Source: Chrysomallon squamiferum
Taxonomy: Eukaryota > Animalia > Mollusca
Assembly: GCA_012295275.1 (NCBI GenBank)
Contig: CM022674.1
Location: 6,324,001 to 6,388,000, forward strand
Length of the DNA: 64,000 nt
Direction of reading: 5' to 3'
The translations under genes were made by a program, and so were the position numbers. Positions 57,506-64,000 of this stretch are shown here, in pieces. Position 1 is the stretch's first letter; each line of letters opens with the position of its first letter. The notes beneath the pieces were generated by a model that did not search any database, was not told the origin of the DNA, and worked only from the letters and a program-made list of their open reading frames with translations.

Positions 57506-57623
57506 GTACTCAGAGGGGGTGATCGGACTGTTGACGTTTTTGTGAAGGACTTGTCCAAGAAACTGATAAAACAGGATAAGTCCAAAAATAACGGTCTGTT
57601 GAAAATGAAATTTAAAATGGGAG
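57506..57623 (+). CDS. TMED6-like copy B, exon 2
   Basis: ttttctgacag acceptor. Reads VLRGGDRTVDVFVKDLSKKLIKQDKSKNNGLLKMKFKMG(G), matching the p24 'V.xGGD..VD' pattern. Phase-1 donor G|GTAAAT. Confidence 0.85.
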
Positions 57624-59483
57624 GTAAATACGTTTTAGCTAACGGATTATTTATTTATTTATTTATTTATTTATTCATTTATACATTTATATATATATTT
57701 ATTATTTTCTCCCCCAATATAAAATATAGTGCAACTAGTACATGCTAACATAACAAAATATGTGAAATTAAATTAATATGTTACTAAAAAGGGAAGTCTC
57801 CAAATCATGATTAGAAAAAATATATGTATGTTCCACACATTCCTAGAAGTAAATATTTGTCATATAAACACAAAGTGTTTGTTTTGGTAAGAAATATACA
57901 AGTGTTACTTAGTGGTAAAATAAAATTGAAAAACAAATTAAAAAATCTTTGCATATTTTGACTTATTTTTATCCCTAATTATTAGGCATTTTATATAAAT
58001 ATTTTTGGCCAAATAGTCAATTTTTCTTAAAATTTAAATTGTTCCATTATTGATGTTACAGATATATTTATCTGTATAATAATACATGTTCAGAACATTT
58101 TGGAATCCAGTTAAATATGTTGGCATTTGCATTTTGATTTACTGCTAGGCAATTAACAATATTCGCATTTATCAAAATCTTTTATACCATATAATATGAA
58201 ATGCTTATCTAAGCCCTGTATCTCTCGTTTTCCACTATTTGTCAAACAACTCGATACCAAATTCATGCTGCCATTTTATTTTCGCATTTATTTTATGTTT
58301 TGAAGTACTTTCTATTATACAATCATTGTATAGTATTCTTTATAAACATTTGTTTTAAACAGTTCTTCTAGAAAGTTAGAAATTCCATTGTTTGTAATGT
58401 TGCTTGGTCAATATGTAAAAACAATTCATAATGTTTTTTAATTGCTAACATAAAGCAATTGTAAACTGCAAATGGTGGTTTATAGTTATATTTTTTTTTT
58501 TTACAAAATGAAAGTCAGTTGGCATTAGCAAACAGTTCTTTTAAAATAAAATTCCTTTTAACAAACACATTTATTATCAATTTTAATAACAGTTATCAAA
58601 ACGATAAACTTAGTATTTTTGTCTTCTCCTTTATAACATTATAAAATAACATTAATTGCTCTTAAAACTCCATTTTTGATAATCGTGAATTAATGGGGGG
58701 TTTTACGGGCTTTTTATTCCAAAAGAACTGAAAGAAATAGGTTTCTAACTGTTTAAAGAAATAATCTATTCGATTTGGCAGCGAAGAAAAAATATTAAAT
58801 TTGTTTATTACAGTAGTTTATCCTACGGGGGATGAAAAAAACCATACTCAACTTAATTAATTAGTTATTTATTTAATTACGTTTTTTGTTGTTAGCTGTG
58901 TAATATCTATTTCTTTTTCTGCAAATCTGAAATTAAAGTTATTTTATTTATCTATAGGCGGTATTCGATAGTGTCATTGAAAACACGACAAAGGACTAAT
59001 AATCTTTTTAACAATACCATCTACTTTACTTTGTGTCAAAACAACAACAACAACAAAAATAGTAATAATAATTTTGAAATATCAATTATTATTTAGTGGC
59101 TGTAACGGTTTTGCGAAGTTCTCAGTGATGAAGGAAATTGTGACGTAGATTTATTATTACGTCATTTTCATTATGTGACGTAAAATGACATTGTCCATTA
59201 GACATGTCGTCATTCTCAAAATTAATCAACTCCGTGGTGTATCTTTCTTAATATCATTCTCTACTGTTTATTTTTAATTCTCACTGCATGGTATCAGTGG
59301 ATTTCCTCTGTGTCTTACGGTTTCACTTATTTTAGATATTGTTATAAAGCTGAAATATATTATTTGACCCGAGTATGTACGGACACAGACTTCAGAAATG
59401 TATGATCATATAACGAGAAAATCCGCTCTTTCAAGAACGTGAAAACACGATCACCAAACAGCGAGTGCATTATGTGTGTGTGT

Positions 59484-59563
<80 letters not shown>

Positions 59564-59588
59564 CTTCTTGTTGAATCTTATTTTGCAG

Positions 59589-59722
59589 GTACATACGAGA
59601 TTTGTATCGAAAACAACGGAGGTCCATTTATATCGAAGCTGGTGTTTTTGAGAATATATGTGTTATTTCCAGAACACGTGCAAACAGAGAACGCTAATTT
59701 AATGCAGGAATTTATGATGCGC
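59589..59722 (+). CDS. TMED6-like copy B, exon 3
   Basis: attttgcag-type acceptor, phase 1. Reads GTYEICIENNGGPFISKLVFLRIYVLFPEHVQTENANLMQEFMMR, with the second GOLD cysteine (G.Y..C..N...F.SK.V). Phase-0 donor CGC|GTGAGT. Confidence 0.88.
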
Positions 59723-59907
59723 GTGAGTTGTCATGAAAGATTCGGTAACATTCGGAAACACTCGGAAATAATTTCTACACTAATGCATCTACTAAACTTT
59801 CTACAAACTATACCACTAATGCTTCTACTAAAGTTTCTGCTGACAATACCTGCTAATGCTTCTACTAGCAATATCTACTAACTTTTAAACAAGGAATGTC
59901 TACTAAA

Positions 59908-59970
59908 ATGAATGAATGAATGTTTAAGGACACCTTCAGCATGATAAACGTGTCGTCTATTGGGTGTCAA
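59908..59970. mobile_element. Short hairpin-type interspersed repeat end with (GAAT)n flank
   Basis: (AATG)n, then GACACC (59929-59934) ... GGTGTC (59963-59968) as an inverted pair. Resembles, from memory, an abundant gastropod repeat; unverified. Confidence 0.35.
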
Positions 59971-60245
59971 AGCAAAAGAAAATGTAACAAATTGATGATT
60001 ACTGCATATAATAAATAACAGGTGTAATGAGCTATGCAAGATTATCTATTAATACTTCTACTAACTATCTGTACTAATATTTTTACTATTAAACAAAAAA
60101 AATGTTTCTACTAGTGCTCATACTAAAAATATATACTGATATTTCTGACAGTATTCACTGATGCTATTACAAGACTTCTGCTAACAATATCTACTAATAA
60201 TGTTGTTAGTAAGTGTTTATATACCTAGCTGGTTTGCTTTTTCAG

Positions 60246-60479
60246 GAGATAATACATAATATGAGTAATCAAATAGAACAAATGCACGGGTACCAGATAC
60301 ATTCACGACTCAGTCTGATGAGTGACTGGTACATCACCAAAGGCAACAATGTTTACGTCACGTACTACTCGTTTGCACAGTGCCTCGTTATCGTTCTCAC
60401 TTCCTGTACGCAAGTGTACGTGCTTCGTCGGTTTTTCCGCACTGTGCCCGTTACGAACCCCGTCAAATCCACGATTTGA
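60246..60479 (+). CDS. TMED6-like copy B, exon 4 (coiled coil, TM helix, cytoplasmic tail); whole protein ~230 aa
   Basis: gctttttcag acceptor. Reads EIIHNMSNQIEQMHGYQIHSRLSLMSDWYITKGNNVYVTYYSFAQCLVIVLTSCTQVYVLRRFFRTVPVTNPVKSTI*. Shows the p24-gamma pattern N..V..(W/Y)S..Q..V......Q...L(R/K)R(F/L)F; closest to TMED6 in my recall. Confidence 0.9.
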   Translation, partial: EIIHNMSNQIEQMHGYQIHSRLSLMSDWYITKGNNVYVTYYSFAQCLVIVLTSCTQVYVLRRFFRTVPVTNPVKSTI

Positions 60480-61180
60480 TGATCGCTAATTAATTATAAT
60501 AAATTTTGTAGGCTTCTGTTTACATTGTTCTTTAGTTCAGTGTTTTAGTTAATGTGTGTGCGATTTCTGTACATTGTCTGTCTGTCTGTCTGTCCGTGCT
60601 GGACTTGTATTCTTTAGTTTAATATTTTATTTAATGCGTGCTTTTGTGGATGTGGAGTTGCGTTTGTATTTTAATCTTTTGTGTGTTTGAAATTCAAATT
60701 TAGAAGAAAAATATGTCTAGTAATTGCTGCTATGGTGAAGAGATTAAACGGTCGGTCATCTGTTATATTTTAATGCACAATTTGACACATATATCAAGGA
60801 AATGAAATTCTGTCAACTGTTTCTGAATGACATACGTCATCAAGTGCCAAAAATACAAACTTTATGGGTTAAGAATTATTTTTTTAAAATGAAACTTTTG
60901 TGTTAGTTATACGAAAATGATTTTGTATTTGCATTAATTTTTTGTGACTAGTATAACCGTCAGTTCAACATGGTTTAACATGGAAACCGCGCTCTGTTAA
61001 AGTTTCCTTTATCTTTTAGTGACCAGTATAACTGTCAACAGCAGGCTGTTTTAATCTGGATTAACAGATGTATGTCGTCATAGACTACAGAATATCACAA
61101 ACATTTCAAGATCATCAAAAAAAACAAAAACAATAGTTTCAAAAAAAAAAAAAAAGAATAACCTTCTTATCCCATAGACT

Positions 61181-61280
61181 GGGCAGTCTGTTAATGCGTA
61201 TAAACTGTATGATCTTCGGAAGTATTCGGAACATTTCGCCTCAGAAATCGTGAACTCGAACAATCTGCCAGTAAAATAAC
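61181..61280 (+). repeat. ~100-bp dispersed repeat, copy 1
   Basis: GCAGTCTGTTAA...ATCTTCGGAA..ATTCGGAACATTTCGCCTCA.AAATCGT...AACAATC.GCCAGTAAAA; a direct match to 63783-63884. Confidence 0.8.
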
Positions 61281-62172
61281 AGTAATATTTTCGAATGTTA
61301 CTAGCAGTTGTTTGTCTATTCACATGTAAATATATTTCTACTGTTTCATCAAATCTAACACTGATTTTAACAAAATGAAGGAAACTGTATTTACCAATTG
61401 ATAAACTGTCAACATTTATCGTTTTTTTTTATTTTTTTGTATTCCTCCTTAAATTTGAATTTTAAAAGTCAGTGCTGGTAAAATCCGGAAAATTCGAAAA
61501 TCCGGATCCAGTCTGCGTGAAATCCGGATTTTTTTACTTTTACACACAGTCGTCCACTTAAGAACATTTATTACTGCAAGCAATCTTAAGTTGATTTGGA
61601 CATAAGTCGGACGTGCATATTTGTGGAATCCATGTTAGTGTTTGCACAGTACCGTATGTAGTCACACTGATTCCACCAGAAGTCTGCGATCTTTTCAAGT
61701 AAACGTTTTTATAGGTTTAAATGAAAAAACAATTCGTACTACAATGCGTTTAATATTTCTCTAAAAAAAAAAAAATTGATAATAATAAAAAGAAAGACAA
61801 ATGAGAAGCTAGAGGTAAAAAATAAACAAAGCAAACAGAAACCAAGAACAAAACAACAACAACAACAGAGATAGAAACCATTTATTGATTTTTGACTTTT
61901 TGTATGTAACGTGTGACTGAATGTGCTTTCAAATTGTGGACAAAATTCGGTTTAACAAAAGTACATCAGTTAAAGATGACGGAACACCAATTAGTAAGGG
62001 TGAGCAATAAACTGCCAGAAATGGAACAACCGGTGTATCCAATTAACATGTGTTATAATCTCACTGCCAGATTCGGAAATAAACCGATCAATGACAGCAG
62101 ATCAAAGATATCACTGATTTAGGTAGCTGAGGGAGTCGTTTTCGTCGCAAAAAAACAACAACAACAACAACA

Positions 62173-62245
<73 letters not shown>

Positions 62246-62648
62246 GATTCCATCAAGCAAATTCGCGTTTAAAAGACACGTTAGAGTGAATAGAATAATG
62301 ACTGAAATTAAAGGTTTCTATTTTTTTCCTTCTGTTTTTTTTTTTTCCGACTCAACATGCTTGATCCATTTTCAATCCATCCGAGACTAATTTTACTTAT
62401 TTTTCTGCTCATTGTATTTCTTCTTCGCTGGAGTAAAATTTAAATCGCTGTCTTTGGATAAAATAGGAATCTAGTTTTACCTGTGACCCTAGTGTGAGAT
62501 GTGCTCTCGTAAACTCGAACAGTCGTAATTTGCAAAAGTCGTAAATCAACGTCTGTCTCTACTGTTTGTAACAAGATGCAGACATTTCATTAAAAAGATC
62601 TTCTCTTAAAAAAATAAAAATAAAAAAAATAATTAAAAAAAAATATAA

Positions 62649-62690
<42 letters not shown>

Positions 62691-63124
62691 GAATTTTACT
62701 TTTGGTTTCCTCTAACGCAAAACAATAATAAGAATTTAAAAAAATAATAATCTACACATCTCCAGTGTCCTTGTTTCGAGTTCTTTGGGTTTACTCGCGT
62801 AACATGATATATGCAGTTAAACTACATTTCTATAACTCACACAGATGTTTCATAATCTACCAAAATTCCATTTTTGACACTTGATGAAACATATATGTCA
62901 GAAAAAGATGACAGATTATGCATTAAAATAAAACACAGTAAAAAAAACAATCGTAATGTAGGTTTCCACGCAAACAAAGGGTTAATATAATACTCGTGTG
63001 CGCGTGCACACACGGACACACACACACACAGGGACACAAATCGCACATGCATTGACTACAAAGCCGAAGTAAAGAATATCGCAAAAAAGAAACAATAAAA
63101 TTTATTATAATTAATTAGCGATCA

Positions 63125-63358
63125 TCAATCACGTGATTTGGCGGAGTTCGCGACGGGCACAGTACGGAAGAACCGACGAAGCACGTACACTTGCGCACAG
63201 GAAGTGAGAACGATAACGAGGCACTGTGCAAACGAGTAGTACGTGACGTAAACATTGTTGCCTTTGGTGAGGTACCAGTCACTCATCAGACTGAGTCGTG
63301 AACGTACCTGGTACTCCGACATCTCTTCTGTTAGCTTAGACAGATTTCTCACAGCCTT
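63125..63358 (-). CDS. TMED6-like copy C, last exon
   Basis: Minus-strand acceptor ggactatttcag; 234 nt, the same length as copy B. Reads KAVRNLSKLTEEMSEYQVRSRLSLMSDWYLTKGNNVYVTYYSFAQCLVIVLTSCAQVYVLRRFFRTVPVANSAKSRD*. Confidence 0.9.
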   Translation of the reverse strand, partial: KAVRNLSKLTEEMSEYQVRSRLSLMSDWYLTKGNNVYVTYYSFAQCLVIVLTSCAQVYVLRRFFRTVPVANSAKSRD

Positions 63359-63399
63359 CTGAAATAGTCCAATGTGTTGTAGGAAATGTTTTAGGAGAA

Positions 63400-63650
63400 A
63401 AATTAGTAGGTATTGTTAGTAAAAGTATTAGTAGGTATTGTCAGTAGAATTGTTAGTACGTATTGTTAGTAGAATTATTAGTAAGTATTGTTAGTAGAAT
63501 TATTAGTAAGTATTGTTAGAAGAATTATTAGTAGGTTTTGTTAGAAGAATTATTAGTAAGTATTGTTAGAAGAATTATTAATAGGTATTGTTAGTTCCTA
63601 CTTTAGTAGATACTGTTAGTAGAAACATTAGTAGATATTTTAATTAGAAA
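63400..63650. repeat. 25-bp intronic minisatellite (AGAATTATTAGTAAGTATTGTTAGW)
   Basis: About six regular units. Degenerate reverse-complement versions (TCTACTAA-rich) lie in the equivalent intron of copy A (~55600-55760) and copy B (~59770-60200). Confidence 0.8.
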
Positions 63651-63782
63651 CATTTGTGTATATTTTTAGTGCAAATGTTAGTATATGTTTCCAACAGAAA
63701 TATTAGATATTGTTACAGAAAGTTTATTTGAAACATTAGTATAATCTTTAGCAGAACAAGGTGAATATAAGAACAGAAGTGG

Positions 63783-63884
63783 CGCAGTCTGTTAACAGAT
63801 ATAAACTCGTATCATCTTCGGAAACATTCGGAACATTTCGCCTCAAAAATCGTAAAACTCAAACAATCCGCCAGTAAAAATAAC
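63783..63884 (+). repeat. ~100-bp dispersed repeat, copy 2 (inside copy C intron 3)
   Basis: Direct similarity to 61181-61280. Confidence 0.8.
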
Positions 63885-63949
63885 GAAAATCGCTCAGTAA
63901 TGTTTTTGAATATTTCCGAACGTAACCGAAAACTGTCTGGGGTGCTCAC

Positions 63950-64000
63950 GTGTAAATAAATTTCGCGTTCCATTGTTTCCGTGGTTACTGGAAGTAATAA
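63950..64000 (-). CDS. TMED6-like copy C, 3' part of exon 3 (truncated by the window edge)
   Basis: Minus strand reads LLLPVTTETMEREIYLH, then phase-0 donor GTGAGC (63949-63944). The intron start TTCGGTTACGTTCGGAAA matches copy B intron 3 (TTCGGTAACATTCGGAAA). Confidence 0.75.

Noticed and set aside
60311-60345. Hammerhead-like CTGATGA-GTGA...TCAC in TMED exon 4
   Set aside because: Followed by CAAA rather than the required GAAA, no stems I/III found, and fully explained by coding sequence.

Overview
AT-rich eukaryotic genomic DNA packed with microsatellites; most likely an invertebrate, and plausibly a mollusc (inferred from repeat style and gene family, not proven). Almost all ORFs in the supplied track are translations of simple repeats. 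Real coding sequence is confined to the last ~15 kb. (1) A GC-rich, single-coding-exon class A GPCR (49424-50826, +) is split by one -1 indel at a CCCCGGGG run. (2) A cluster of three p24/TMED6-like (GOLD-domain) paralogues follows: an orphan, frameshifted last exon (copy A, 55770-55999), a complete 4-exon gene (copy B, 56725-60479, with a one-base homopolymer indel in the signal peptide), and a convergent copy C on the - strand that runs off the window end. The last exons show a mosaic, near-identical core consistent with gene conversion, while the luminal segments and tails diverge. The first ~48 kb has no convincing coding exon. It alternates microsatellites, minisatellites and short CpG-rich islets carrying clustered motifs (ETS, E-box, BANP-type, CRE/CCAAT and a six-copy STAT-site array), plus candidate non-coding exons that may belong to the GPCR 5' UTR. 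No rRNA, intact tRNA, CRISPR array or intact transposase was seen. I found no clearly new biological system; the TMED array and the STAT-site repeat are the best leads.
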